Origin: a virus
Taxonomy: Duplodnaviria; Caudoviricetes
Length of the DNA stretch: 44,457 nucleotides
Virus record (IMG/VR): IMGVR_UViG_3300020043_003642
Location: 1-44,457 of that record
Strand: one strand, 5' to 3'
Within the stretch, counting starts at the first letter, position 1. Each line of letters starts with the position of its first letter. A program made the position numbers and the translations under genes. A model generated the notes under the pieces. The model did not search any database, was not told where the DNA came from, and saw only the letters and a list, made by a program, of their open reading frames with translations. Below, in pieces: positions 33,430-43,365 of this stretch.

Positions 33430-33459
33430 ATTATACCATACATTTACACGCTCTGTCAA
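33430..33459 (-). promoter_or_regulatory. consensus sigma70 promoter preceding element copy 3
   Basis: TTGACA-18bp-TATAAT with TGn extension. Confidence 0.75.
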
Positions 33460-33521
33460 TACCCGATAGAACCGCATAGGAAGCCCTACACGCCACGATA
33501 TCTGAAAGAGCTATATCCCTA

Positions 33522-33776
33522 CTAGTCTGGCTTTTTATACCTGTCCTTGACCGCCTGGATGGCATCTAGCCACGTAGTTGACCCAGACTTCATGTCGTGG
33601 AATAACATATCCAATTGAGCGGTTACAGGAGGATAGTCACGTAATCTCCCATCTAACCAAGCCCTAGCTTCTTGAGCTGCCCGGTTAGCTTCCCACTCAG
33701 CTAATATCTCAGCTTCTTCTTCAGGTGTAAGTTCAACTTGAACACCATCAACCATTCTATGCATTTTTGACTCCAT
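33522..33776 (-). CDS. tail-fibre assembly/chaperone-like protein
   Basis: VELTPEEEAE...R..DYP....QLDML.HD......W..AI.AVK..Y.KP, typical after fibre genes. Confidence 0.65.
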   Translation of the reverse strand: MESKMHRMVDGVQVELTPEEEAEILAEWEANRAAQEARAWLDGRLRDYPPVTAQLDMLFHDMKSGSTTWLDAIQAVKDRYKKPD

Positions 33777-34947
33777 ATAATATAAAAGTGCCGCTGGCTA
33801 TATTACCAGAAGACATTAAGAACCTAATAGCAGTGACAGCAGTAGTAGCTAAATATACACCAGAACCTAATCCAGAAGCAGCCACAGCTCCAGAAGAATA
33901 GCTACCCCATATCCAATCTAATGTGTGGTAGTATGAAGACTGTGAGGGGTTGTTAATTCTAACGAAACCGCTAAGATTCTCCCCAGTACTTGACCCTAAA
34001 TTTGTGGTAGCGGATCCTGTAGGAGTTATTAACATTTGAGCAGCAGCGGAAGCACCGGCGTTAACTTCAGTACTAGCAGTGTGTACAGCTGCATTTATAT
34101 AATTATATTCGTTAGTAGACGGGTAGGTTGGAGTACCTCCCGTACCTATCCTACAATTTAAAGTTACATCGTCAGTAGAAGGAACTATATTAATAAGCTC
34201 TACTATGTACAAAGGATAAGTGCTTGATAATCCAGTAAAATCAATAGTAGAACTGTTAGAGGCTGTCTGTGAAGATATCTTAACTAAAGAACCGGCGTTA
34301 GCACTAACATCTTGAAATGAAGGTAAGGCTGCGGCACCGTTAGAAACTAATACATAGTTAGCAGTCCCAGGGCTTACAGACTGTATAGCTCCAGTACCTG
34401 TAGTACCTCCACACAAAACCCCATAAGCTGTGTTAGAAGCTACTCCAGTCCCACCTTTAGCTACTGTTAGTGGGTTTTCAGCCGTTATAGCGGAAGTACC
34501 ATTACCTATTAGCACTCCAGTTAAAGTACTTGCTCCAGTACCACCATCTGCTACAGCTAAATCAGTGATTCCTGTAATAGTACCACCGGTAATTGCAGCA
34601 GCTGAAGCACCTAAAGTAGTTAGCCCTGATATAGTACCACCTGTAATCGCAACAGCATTAGCGTTCTGTGTAGCAATAGTGCCGATACCTAAATTAGCTC
34701 TAGCCCCAGATGCAGTTGAAGCACCTGTACCGCCGTCTGTAACTGGTAAGTCAGTACCACCTTCTACATATAGACCGGCCGCATTTGGAGACACGGAGGA
34801 AAACAGTCCTGTAGTAGAGTTGTACTGTAAGACTTCCCCATCTGCAACTTCACTGTTGGTATATATAATATCGGTTACTCTATCTTTGACGTCACGTCTA
34901 GAGATTTCGATATCGTCACCGTTTAACCTATCATTAATATCACTCAT
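33757..34947 (-). CDS. tail fibre protein
   Basis: repeated L.V.DGGTGAST, AITGGTI; C-terminal AVTAIRFLMSSGNIASGTFILYG domain. Confidence 0.8.
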   Translation of the reverse strand: MSDINDRLNGDDIEISRRDVKDRVTDIIYTNSEVADGEVLQYNSTTGLFSSVSPNAAGLYVEGGTDLPVTDGGTGASTASGARANLGIGTIATQNANAVAITGGTISGLTTLGASAAAITGGTITGITDLAVADGGTGASTLTGVLIGNGTSAITAENPLTVAKGGTGVASNTAYGVLCGGTTGTGAIQSVSPGTANYVLVSNGAAALPSFQDVSANAGSLVKISSQTASNSSTIDFTGLSSTYPLYIVELINIVPSTDDVTLNCRIGTGGTPTYPSTNEYNYINAAVHTASTEVNAGASAAAQMLITPTGSATTNLGSSTGENLSGFVRINNPSQSSYYHTLDWIWGSYSSGAVAASGLGSGVYLATTAVTAIRFLMSSGNIASGTFILYGVKNA

Positions 34948-35549
34948 TAAGTTTGCCTCTTAACGCCATAAGCTAGCATAGCGCCTGACGTTATAGTCCC
35001 AGTGCCTGGGAGAATCTGTATAGCGTTAACAGCGGCAGCTGTATCTCTTTGACCTGCACCACGAACCCTTTCAGGATATGTCTGTGCGCATATAGTGTCA
35101 TACAGGAACATAGTCTTAGTTGTGGTAGTGTCGGCGCTGTATATCTCTATCTTTCCTTGAATAGCGTTAGTTGAGTTAGTCCCGGAAAGTTGTATACTAG
35201 TGCCCGTGGTAGAGCTATTAGCATTAGTGGAAGCTGCCGCAGCACCAGACAAGTAGTCAATTGCCCACCTATAGTCACCTGAAGATGTAGCAAAAGACGA
35301 ACCTCCGTTAGCTGAAGTTCTAAGTAGTAAGGTAGTAGAAGAACCTCTTATAACATCGAATAGCTCTACAACTATCTTTGTGTACTTAGCAGCATTGTGT
35401 AGTATTAAAGTCTCACTACTGGACCCAGAGAATGTCTTTAATCCTAAGAAGTCATAGCTTTCACTTTGGTTAAAGTACTCTCTCCAAGGCTGTGACCAAT
35501 TACCTAGACTGTCTACTGGAGCTATGTTAAGGGGTGCTGGACTACTCAT
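34947..35549 (-). CDS. tail tip/needle-associated protein
   Basis: N-terminal P..VD..G..S.PW..YF after gp10-like gene; C-terminal domain similar to that of 33757-34947. Confidence 0.6.
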   Translation of the reverse strand: MSSPAPLNIAPVDSLGNWSQPWREYFNQSESYDFLGLKTFSGSSSETLILHNAAKYTKIVVELFDVIRGSSTTLLLRTSANGGSSFATSSGDYRWAIDYLSGAAAASTNANSSTTGTSIQLSGTNSTNAIQGKIEIYSADTTTTKTMFLYDTICAQTYPERVRGAGQRDTAAAVNAIQILPGTGTITSGAMLAYGVKRQT

Positions 35550-37011
35550 TAGACCCCTTAATGTTCGCTACAATACCCGATATCTTCCAAGGCACAGGGT
35601 CTGTCATGGTGAGCCTGAAGGTAAAGCTTCTAGCTAAACCTAGGCGCCTGAACATACAGCGCTTTAAGTACTCACCGAAGTCCCCAACACCTCGAGTCAT
35701 GATACTGCCCCAAGATCTACCTAAGTCCTTAGAGACCTCAAGCATAAGCTCAGGCTCGCTAGGGGACGTATCCTCAGAGTATTCAATAGCCCCAGCATCT
35801 ACTTTAACCTCTAAAGAGGCCACTGAGATTCTATTCCTAGTGTTTTGTAGGTGAGGGGTTACTATAATACGTCTAGTGTCATTACCTCTCTCTTGATATT
35901 CAGAGTGCGAAAGCTGGTAGATATTACCAGTTTGCCAGTCTCCAACTAAAGTCTTGTTGTTTATAGAGCATGAGCAATTAGCAAAATGCCTATTGTAGAA
36001 AGGGGTCGTAGCTCCCTCGCTGTCTAAACTCTCAAGCTCGAACCACATCTCGGTAGATATATCGAAACACCAAGTATATCCCCTGGAAGAAGTAGCTGAA
36101 GGGAATGTGATGCAGTAAAACGTATGTGTACCATACTGATGCATGAAAGCGTGAGCATCTGAGTATGTATCGTATCCTTGAAATATGGAAGTTAAAGCCC
36201 TGTCCGAGATAACCTTATACTGACCCTCAGAAGCCATAACAACACCAACTAGACCTTCTCTGTTTTGAGCTAGCCAGAAAGCTCTGTTGTTAGACGTCTG
36301 TACAGAGTACTTAGCTGCACAACCTACCTGTAAAGCACCACTAACAGCCCTGTCAAAAGGAGCACCTTTAGGGTTACCGGAGTTATACCAGATCTCGGAC
36401 GTGTAGTCCCCAAGTAACCAGACTCTAGTGTTAAGTACGCATCCTGAGACTAATTTATCTGGGTCAGTTTCAGCTGAGGCGAAGAATAAGGCATTCCAGG
36501 ACGTACCATCGTTTAGATCAGATACATAGAACTTTTGAGTATCAGGTATAATAGCTATGAAGTAGCCATTAGTTGCCATGACAATTTCAGGGTCGTCAGG
36601 TAAATCTGCATCAGTAACCTCAGTCCAGTTGTCAGTAGATATCTTATACCTGTACGTATTTAAGCTGTCGGTAACCAATATCTCATCTAAGATAGCTGCC
36701 ATAGAGATTCTAGGAAGCTCTGTAGAGTTAGATAAGGTACCTTGAGATGTAGCTACACCAGCCGATGTGATAGAGTAGAAGGTAGAGTCGCCTACAGCGT
36801 ACACTACACCTAAGTGAGTCATCAAGGCCCGTACGTTAGTACCGCCCAGACCTGCCCAAAGTGTAGCCCCTGGTGTAGGTAGAGCGACAAAAGGTGACAT
36901 ATCGCCACCTAATGGGTTCTCTTCCAGGTACATATTAACTAGCCTTTGAACTGAAACGTCTTTACTTTCAGCTTGGTAGCTAGGTTTTAATAAAGGTAAA
37001 GCCTTGAACAT
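35542..37011 (-). CDS. P22 gp10-like packaged-DNA stabilisation / tail hub protein
   Basis: QRLVNMYLE, PTPG, FASAETDPD, EIWYNSG, GCAAKYS, VGDWQTGNIY, FRRLG. Confidence 0.85.
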   Translation of the reverse strand: MFKALPLLKPSYQAESKDVSVQRLVNMYLEENPLGGDMSPFVALPTPGATLWAGLGGTNVRALMTHLGVVYAVGDSTFYSITSAGVATSQGTLSNSTELPRISMAAILDEILVTDSLNTYRYKISTDNWTEVTDADLPDDPEIVMATNGYFIAIIPDTQKFYVSDLNDGTSWNALFFASAETDPDKLVSGCVLNTRVWLLGDYTSEIWYNSGNPKGAPFDRAVSGALQVGCAAKYSVQTSNNRAFWLAQNREGLVGVVMASEGQYKVISDRALTSIFQGYDTYSDAHAFMHQYGTHTFYCITFPSATSSRGYTWCFDISTEMWFELESLDSEGATTPFYNRHFANCSCSINNKTLVGDWQTGNIYQLSHSEYQERGNDTRRIIVTPHLQNTRNRISVASLEVKVDAGAIEYSEDTSPSEPELMLEVSKDLGRSWGSIMTRGVGDFGEYLKRCMFRRLGLARSFTFRLTMTDPVPWKISGIVANIKGSNE

Positions 37012-37947
37012 TTACCACCTTGAGGTGTCAGGTCTGACAAATAGAGAAGTCTTCTCATTATCCCAATCTTTAAGCCCTTCAAGTAAGTCGCTAGCAATAG
37101 GTGCTATAACAGCTAACTTCTCTTCAGTAGAGAACATAGGAGCTAAGCGCACAGCTAGACCATAAGCTAAGGCTTCAGACCACTCTACAGGGAAATCTGG
37201 GTTATCCGACCCGCTATCGAAGTCCTCGAGAGTTCTTTGGAAAGACATCTTAACACGTATGTTAGCGCTTTCAGGGGCAGGCCAAAGGTGTAAAGTACCA
37301 CCAGACAGTTGAGTGTCGTAGTACCAAACCATAGGAAGGCCTGTAGTATATTTGTCAGGTATGTTGTAGTATTCTTTTCTTGATATTCTACGGACACTTA
37401 CGTCAACATCAGCATCGTTGCGCACGCGAACATCAGAAATATGCATAGGTCTGGCAAGCTTATAAGTATAGCTATACACACGATTCCCGGCAGTAGCGTC
37501 ATCGCTGATAGCATCAGCAACAGTAACAGTAGACGCTCCCTTAGAGACAACAGTAGTCCAGTGAATCGAGCCATCATCTAGCACTACCCCTATATAGTCA
37601 TTAGCTGATATATTATCAGTGTTACTTACACTCAATACGGTTTGACCGCTAGCTTCGTCCGCCGATATAGAAGTCTCGACCATTATCTCGGAGAAGTGAC
37701 CCGCAGTAGAAGAGATCAAATAAGACGGAATAGCCTCAGAGAGTATTCCAGTAGCTTCAGTCTCAGTCCATAAATGTAAACCTTGGACTTGCCAGGTTTT
37801 AACCATCATGTTAAGTGACCTAGAAGCTAGAGCTGTATCCTCGCTAGAGACTGACTCCTGTTCGCCATAGATGGCTAATAGTCTAAACGCGTGGTCTATA
37901 ATATCAGACCTAGTCACGTTAAAATTAGTTGAGCCTGAAGTAGCCAT
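37012..37947 (-). CDS. head-tail adaptor / tail tubular protein A-like
   Basis: MATSGSTNFN..R..II..A, ARSLN-like, LHLWPAP, DFPVEW.EAL.YGLA.RLA. Confidence 0.8.
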   Translation of the reverse strand: MATSGSTNFNVTRSDIIDHAFRLLAIYGEQESVSSEDTALASRSLNMMVKTWQVQGLHLWTETEATGILSEAIPSYLISSTAGHFSEIMVETSISADEASGQTVLSVSNTDNISANDYIGVVLDDGSIHWTTVVSKGASTVTVADAISDDATAGNRVYSYTYKLARPMHISDVRVRNDADVDVSVRRISRKEYYNIPDKYTTGLPMVWYYDTQLSGGTLHLWPAPESANIRVKMSFQRTLEDFDSGSDNPDFPVEWSEALAYGLAVRLAPMFSTEEKLAVIAPIASDLLEGLKDWDNEKTSLFVRPDTSRW

Positions 37948-37955
37948 TATAGTTC

Positions 37956-38264
37956 CTAAGTATCGAAATTGTAATTGCCTGCAGCAAATCTTTCAGCTAA
38001 AGTCTGTGACTCTGTAGGAGCTGTGGGGTTATACCTTAAGTCTCCATCTGGCCTAACAAAAGGTGGTGGATAGTCAGGTCTAGGCGTAGGAGCTGGATAG
38101 TCATCCGAATCTGCCTGATCCATAGAGCTTCTATCTACTAACCTACCTTTAAGATCAAAAGCTGACTTAGACGCATAGATAACTAACCCAGAGACATCAT
38201 CTTTAACTAACCAGTCTTTAGATGTAAGAGTCCCTCGACCCTTTGTGCCTCTAAACTTACTCAT
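37956..38264 (-). CDS. hypothetical virion-module protein
   Basis: DDVSG...RPD motif, conserved position before adaptor. Confidence 0.6.
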   Translation of the reverse strand: MSKFRGTKGRGTLTSKDWLVKDDVSGLVIYASKSAFDLKGRLVDRSSMDQADSDDYPAPTPRPDYPPPFVRPDGDLRYNPTAPTESQTLAERFAAGNYNFDT

Positions 38265-38268
38265 TCTA

Positions 38269-38658
38269 CTAGTCCTGCCTTACAACAATCAGTAGACTTA
38301 CTTCATCGCCAGCATCTAAATTAGCAGTAGACAGTAATAGATCACCAGTAGCTCCCGCACCATTAGGGTTTGAGATGCCACCGAAACAACCAAACTCGTA
38401 TGTACCGCCGTGAGCAGGGTCCATTGCAAAAGCTGGACTATCTGTAGTCTGGTCCCACTCTAAGCGAACAACACAAGAAGAGCCAGCTACCATTACCTTC
38501 TCTAGAACACCTTTAGATGTATCGTTAACGAAGGCAGAGTTGTCATAGATTACTAAATCAGATTCTTCTGAGCCGTCAGAAGATATATGGATATGTCTAA
38601 CAACTAGTTTGCTAGAGCCACCACCATACAAGGTACGTTGTGTTACGGTGTTTGCCAT
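38269..38658 (-). CDS. virion structural protein
   Basis: MANTVT..L....SDGSEES...GATGDLLLST. Confidence 0.65.
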   Translation of the reverse strand: MANTVTQRTLYGGGSSKLVVRHIHISSDGSEESDLVIYDNSAFVNDTSKGVLEKVMVAGSSCVVRLEWDQTTDSPAFAMDPAHGGTYEFGCFGGISNPNGAGATGDLLLSTANLDAGDEVSLLIVVRQD

Positions 38659-38726
38659 TATAATACCTTTTAGATATGTTTAAATTTGGACTTCCTTGTG
38701 AAATTGTCCTTTTTGTTTTGTTACGC

Positions 38727-39668
38727 TTACGCGTCTGTGCTAGCTGTCCAGTTAATCAGCATAGCTTTTTCACCAGCTAAGTTGACAACGTACACAGGAT
38801 CGACTACTACGAAGGTAGCGCCTGTAACAGCTTCTGTAATGTTAGCAGCATTATCTGCCAACTGGAGGTTAACGTTAGGTCCTACCATACCAGTAGATGC
38901 TGTAATAGTATCTACCAGGAAGATATCTGCAGCGTTACGTGTTCTGAAGAATTCCACATCATGAACATGCAAGTCTGTAGTAGCCGTAGTTCTAACATCG
39001 ATACCACCAACAGCGAAGTTACCATCCATCCGTTTAATCGTAATCTCGATATTATCCCCACCTACTAAAGCCACAGCAGCGTTAGTACCTGCAGCAGCAG
39101 CCCCGTCGTGCACTAAGTCTAGAATTCTAAGTCTGTTAGCAGCAGCAGAGGTTAAGATACCATCTGCCATCTGACCTGTAACGTCTCTGAGTTCTAGTTT
39201 GTTTAGTGTAACATCAGCAGCTGTAACATTAAGCATCTTAGTAATAGCATCAACACCGCCTGTTAAGAGCAAGTTATGAAGCGTTACGTTAGCAGCAGAT
39301 ACTTTTAAGAACCCGCTAGCATGTGTAATGTTAATAGTTGGACGTAAAGACCCTACACCCATACCTAAAACTGCAACACCTGCAACATCGATATCGATAG
39401 AGGTAGCTGTAGAGATAGTTTCAGAGTGACCTGGCCCTAAGATTAAGATATCACCACGAGAAGCTACACATTTATCTAATGCAGCAGCAATCGTAGCCAT
39501 TGGATGTAAAAAGTCACCAGAGTTTCCATCAGACCCTGCGACCTGCCCAGTCATTAAAACGCCTGAGTTATTAACGTGAATTACCCGTCCTGGGTGCATT
39601 TGGGTTATAGGTAAACCCCTAATAGTCACCCCGTTAAGGAAACCATTAGAAAAATTTGACATTGGCAT
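38727..39668 (-). CDS. capsid-associated beta-helix (pectate-lyase-like) protein
   Basis: GSDGNSG...P.ATI..ALDKC.A.RGD.L.L.PGH.E. Confidence 0.65.
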   Translation of the reverse strand: MPMSNFSNGFLNGVTIRGLPITQMHPGRVIHVNNSGVLMTGQVAGSDGNSGDFLHPMATIAAALDKCVASRGDILILGPGHSETISTATSIDIDVAGVAVLGMGVGSLRPTINITHASGFLKVSAANVTLHNLLLTGGVDAITKMLNVTAADVTLNKLELRDVTGQMADGILTSAAANRLRILDLVHDGAAAAGTNAAVALVGGDNIEITIKRMDGNFAVGGIDVRTTATTDLHVHDVEFFRTRNAADIFLVDTITASTGMVGPNVNLQLADNAANITEAVTGATFVVVDPVYVVNLAGEKAMLINWTASTDA

Positions 39669-39749
39669 ACTTATTTATTCTCCTAAGTAACCGCAGTGCG
39701 GCCCTCCGCAAGGAGGGATACACTACTTAGTTCGATAATATATCGAGGA

Positions 39750-40658
39750 CTATTCCCCATCCGAGCCGTAAATACCACGGTAGTCGTTCCAACCGAAGCT
39801 GTATCGTTCGCTCATAGCAAACTTAACGTTCATTGTGTCGAAATCTACCATGTCAGATACTTCAGGAGCACGTCTTGAATAGTGAACCAAGCCGTTAGAA
39901 GCATCTGTAAGTACGAACCACGCGTTAGTGTCTGTGAGGTAGTCAAGGACTGCCACACCTTCGCTGAACATACCAGTTAAAGTGTTTTTGTCGTTGTCTG
40001 CCGTACCAGCACGTAAGCTAGAGTTCAAAAGACGATCAGCTTCAAACTTAAGGTTGTTAGGAACGATAAGTTTCTTAGGATTTAAGAGTGCTCTTAGCCC
40101 TCTGTTGTCTTTCATAGCTCTAATATCTAACCAAGCTTGTTCGATTGAAGCCTCAGAAAGAGGAGCATCTACAGCCATACGGTTAGAAACGTTAGCACCA
40201 TTAGCATCTACGTGGTTAGTAGCGCACAATACTTTACCGTCACCGCCAGTGTAACCTGTAGTGAAAGCTCTGTTAAGTACGTTAGCACCTACAACGTTCT
40301 TGTTTTGAGCAAAAGCTCGACCTAACATTTCAGAACGATGTGTAGCAACTTTATATACTTGACCATCTTCGATAGCATTACGCGTAATGATAATACCGCT
40401 AGCATATGTGTTATGCATGATACGGCTGGTATATAATTGGCTAGGAGCGTCGTAACTGATAGCCTCACCTTCAGGTAACTGAACAGGTAAGTCTAGACCA
40501 GCAAGAGCGACTTCTTCTTCAAAAGCCATTTTAGATGGGAGCTTATCCTTGAAGATCTCAGCCCATTGAGCAGGGATTTCATTGTAAGCTGCACCGAAAT
40601 AAGCACGTACCGTCGGGAGTAGGTCCTTCGGAATAGTACCTGAATTAACAATAGACAT
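39750..40658 (-). CDS. major capsid protein (HK97 fold)
   Basis: AFEEEV, EG..I.YD, A.G..ITR.AIED, GGDG..L...H, PKKLIVP, ERYSFGW.D.RG.YGS. Confidence 0.9.
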   Translation of the reverse strand: MSIVNSGTIPKDLLPTVRAYFGAAYNEIPAQWAEIFKDKLPSKMAFEEEVALAGLDLPVQLPEGEAISYDAPSQLYTSRIMHNTYASGIIITRNAIEDGQVYKVATHRSEMLGRAFAQNKNVVGANVLNRAFTTGYTGGDGKVLCATNHVDANGANVSNRMAVDAPLSEASIEQAWLDIRAMKDNRGLRALLNPKKLIVPNNLKFEADRLLNSSLRAGTADNDKNTLTGMFSEGVAVLDYLTDTNAWFVLTDASNGLVHYSRRAPEVSDMVDFDTMNVKFAMSERYSFGWNDYRGIYGSDGE

Positions 40659-40676
40659 ATTTTAACTCCTATATCC

Positions 40677-41297
40677 TTAAGAAATACCGATGTTGAGGTT
40701 TTGTTGAGATTCGGTATGGTTGATGATCAACACTTCGAATACTGGGTTACCAGTGTAGTCGAGAGTTGCTCGTCTTGCAGGTCCTAGGATGAGAAGTTGG
40801 TTTGAAGCATCTGCTGCAGGCAAGTCAGATGTAGCATCTAACTGTACAGTAGATTTACCAGTAGCAGTATCAACACCAGCTCCGTACAGTACAGCGTTTA
40901 AGCCTACAGACGCAGCAGCAGTGATAGCAGCACTAGCTTGGATTTCAAAAACAACATCTGGATCATCGCAAACAGATACTACTACTTCGGTAGAAGCAGG
41001 TACGTAGTTTTTAGACAAATCAGACGCAATAGGTTCAATACCTACGATAACACCAGTTAAAGGTAAACCGTCACCGATAACAGATGCAGCAGCAGGTGTA
41101 ACTTCGTGTAAAGTACCAATATCATAAGAAGACATTGCAGACTTTACGACAGCAGTGTTCATATCACCAGTTTTGAGTACAGGGGAACCAATACCGCAAG
41201 CATCTGAGTTAGATGAAGAAATGTAGTACTTCTTCACAGACCCGCTCATCGGTTTTCCACCTTGCATTCTAACTGGACGTAATCCGAAACCAGCCAT
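40677..41297 (-). CDS. capsid cement/decoration protein
   Basis: FGLRPV...V.DDPD.VFEIQA; position directly before MCP. Confidence 0.7.
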   Translation of the reverse strand: MAGFGLRPVRMQGGKPMSGSVKKYYISSSNSDACGIGSPVLKTGDMNTAVVKSAMSSYDIGTLHEVTPAAASVIGDGLPLTGVIVGIEPIASDLSKNYVPASTEVVVSVCDDPDVVFEIQASAAITAAASVGLNAVLYGAGVDTATGKSTVQLDATSDLPAADASNQLLILGPARRATLDYTGNPVFEVLIINHTESQQNLNIGIS

Positions 41298-41321
41298 ATT
41301 TTATTTCCTCGTAATTAATAA

Positions 41322-41804
41322 TTAAAGTGGGTTATATTCAACATCCTGAGTAAAGCTTGAATCTTTAAACCCAGGTTCTTGTTTTTTCTTGTGGCGCATT
41401 TCTAGTTCGTTAGCAGCTTGCGCTTTCTCTTTTTTAGCTTGTTCCCATAGCTCTAATGGGCATTCAACTAAAATGAGCTTGCTAGTGCCTTTTGTAACAA
41501 CTAAGAAGTCACCTTCTCTCAAGTGCCCATCTGCGGCAGTACCATCGCCTATGTGCTGTAATAAGTTCTTGTATTCAGGGTCTAAAAGTGATACTGGAAG
41601 ATAACCTAAAGATTTAACTCTAGCCATATCTTCGCCCTGATACTTTACAAACCTATGATGTCTATTCGCAGGTAAGACTCCTTCAGGGATATACAATAGC
41701 CCTTTTTGATAGTCCGTGCGTCTAGACCGTTTAGCTAATCTATCATCCTTCTTCTCAGGAGCTTTAGCTGTGGTAGACTTGTTTATATTGTTGTCCGTTG
41801 TCAT
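41322..41804 (-). CDS. head-module hypothetical protein
   Basis: conserved position between scaffold and cement genes. Confidence 0.65.
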   Translation of the reverse strand: MTTDNNINKSTTAKAPEKKDDRLAKRSRRTDYQKGLLYIPEGVLPANRHHRFVKYQGEDMARVKSLGYLPVSLLDPEYKNLLQHIGDGTAADGHLREGDFLVVTKGTSKLILVECPLELWEQAKKEKAQAANELEMRHKKKQEPGFKDSSFTQDVEYNPL

Positions 41805-41819
41805 ATGTTTGTACCTCTA

Positions 41820-42710
41820 TTAAATAGCGTTTAGCTGTTTTAACTCTTCGATATACTTGTTGATGCCTTCAGCTGGGTTCTCTTTGTAGCCTTTGACACC
41901 ATATTTAGGATCTGTCATCTGTTTAACCACTTGCTTTTGGAAGTCAGACAGCTTATTCCACTCGGGGTGAGGAGCTTTAGCTGTAGGTTTCCCTGTGCCT
42001 TGGGTTCTAATTGCGCTTGAAACTGCTGTAGGACTTGGCGTTTCACGGTTATTGTTAGTCATATAATCCTTCCTCTTCTCCTGTACGCGCTTCTCCACGT
42101 AGGCGACAACCTCATCGATTGCAGCATTTGGGTTAGCTTTGGCGTAATAAGCGTCAGCAGCCTTAGCGATAGCTTGCAATTCAAACTCATTAGCTGTCTG
42201 AGGGTTATTAAACCAAGGATTAGAGTTTAGAAATCTTTGTACTTCAGGGTGGTCTAATGGGTTCTTAGGTTGCTCTGAGATAGGCTTTAAGTCTTGCAAC
42301 TCTTGTGTAGCTCTATCATAAGCTTCGAAGTCCCCTCTCATCCTAGCAGCTTTCTGCTCAGCTTCGATTTCCTTTCTAGCCTTTTCATACATAAGCTTTT
42401 CCATATACTTAGTATGTTCCATGACCATCTCTGTAGTCTTACGTTGCTCGTCTAAGTCGTGCTTTAAGCTCTTAATTTGCTTTAAGAATGTACCTCGACC
42501 TAAATAAGTGTGCGCATCTACCCAATCGTCTTCAGGACCTGAATATTCTTCCTTAGGTCTCCAACCTTGTTCCATAGCTTTGACTTCTTCATCGCTATAC
42601 TGTGGTTGTTCTAAGACCTCACCTGTAGGTTCTACACTGACTTCCGCCGACGGAGCGCTTTGTGTTTCATCTATAGGAGCAATATTACCGGCCATCTCTT
42701 CTAGTGACAT
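41820..42710 (-). CDS. capsid scaffolding protein
   Basis: acidic N-terminus, GWRPKEE...WVDA, coiled coil, NPWF. Confidence 0.7.
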   Translation of the reverse strand: MSLEEMAGNIAPIDETQSAPSAEVSVEPTGEVLEQPQYSDEEVKAMEQGWRPKEEYSGPEDDWVDAHTYLGRGTFLKQIKSLKHDLDEQRKTTEMVMEHTKYMEKLMYEKARKEIEAEQKAARMRGDFEAYDRATQELQDLKPISEQPKNPLDHPEVQRFLNSNPWFNNPQTANEFELQAIAKAADAYYAKANPNAAIDEVVAYVEKRVQEKRKDYMTNNNRETPSPTAVSSAIRTQGTGKPTAKAPHPEWNKLSDFQKQVVKQMTDPKYGVKGYKENPAEGINKYIEELKQLNAI

Positions 42711-42745
42711 ATTTACCTCTACTCTTCGAATGATTTTGTTCTCAG

Positions 42746-43072
42746 TTAAACTTCGAACTCTATATCCATACCGTCTAGATCTCCCTCTTGAACAATAGCT
42801 CTACAGTGCTCATCGTAGATAAGCCTGATATTATTGTCTTTAGACGAAGGGATTCTATCCCCTGCATAAGCTATAAAGAACACCATATCGCCAACTTTTG
42901 GCTTTACAGTCCTGTCTCTAAAAGCTTCTTCCCCTAAAGAAATAACTTTCCCTACGTTCAATCCCATTTGTTCCCTATTTATCGTACTGTCATCTAAGAT
43001 GATTCCACCTTTAGACTTCTTCGATAACTTTGGAACTTCCACTAACATGTGCGTACCCAGTGCTATAGGCAT
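42746..43072 (-). CDS. groES: co-chaperonin GroES-like protein
   Basis: ALG..MLV, KSKGGIIL, GKVISLG, KVGD.V.F..YAG. Confidence 0.85.
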   Translation of the reverse strand: MPIALGTHMLVEVPKLSKKSKGGIILDDSTINREQMGLNVGKVISLGEEAFRDRTVKPKVGDMVFFIAYAGDRIPSSKDNNIRLIYDEHCRAIVQEGDLDGMDIEFEV

Positions 43073-43074
43073 AA

Positions 43075-43365
43075 TTAAACCTCTGTGCTTCTTACAAAAA
43101 GTTTATGTTCTTCCAGCAAACTCTCTAGCTCTTTACTGTCGAGTATTTGCTGTAACGTTCTTAGCGCTCCGCTATAGTGGTTAATTCTCCTATCAAGATA
43201 CGGATCTTGAATATTGTCACTGTCTAGTAGTACCAGTTGTACTATGTCTTCTTTAGCTAGTCTGAGACCCTCTAAAACTGTCCTAGTGGCATAGTCGTTA
43301 AGCCACCTATGGAGAGTTTCACTATTCAGAGGTTCCAGATGTTTGCTGTTGTTGTTTTGCTGCAT
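43075..43365 (-). CDS. hypothetical protein
   Basis: between portal and GroES. Confidence 0.55.
   Translation of the reverse strand: MQQNNNSKHLEPLNSETLHRWLNDYATRTVLEGLRLAKEDIVQLVLLDSDNIQDPYLDRRINHYSGALRTLQQILDSKELESLLEEHKLFVRSTEV

Noticed and set aside
28655-42798. Plus-strand ORFs within the structural module
   Set aside because: Antisense to well-supported virion genes, with no motifs or RBS
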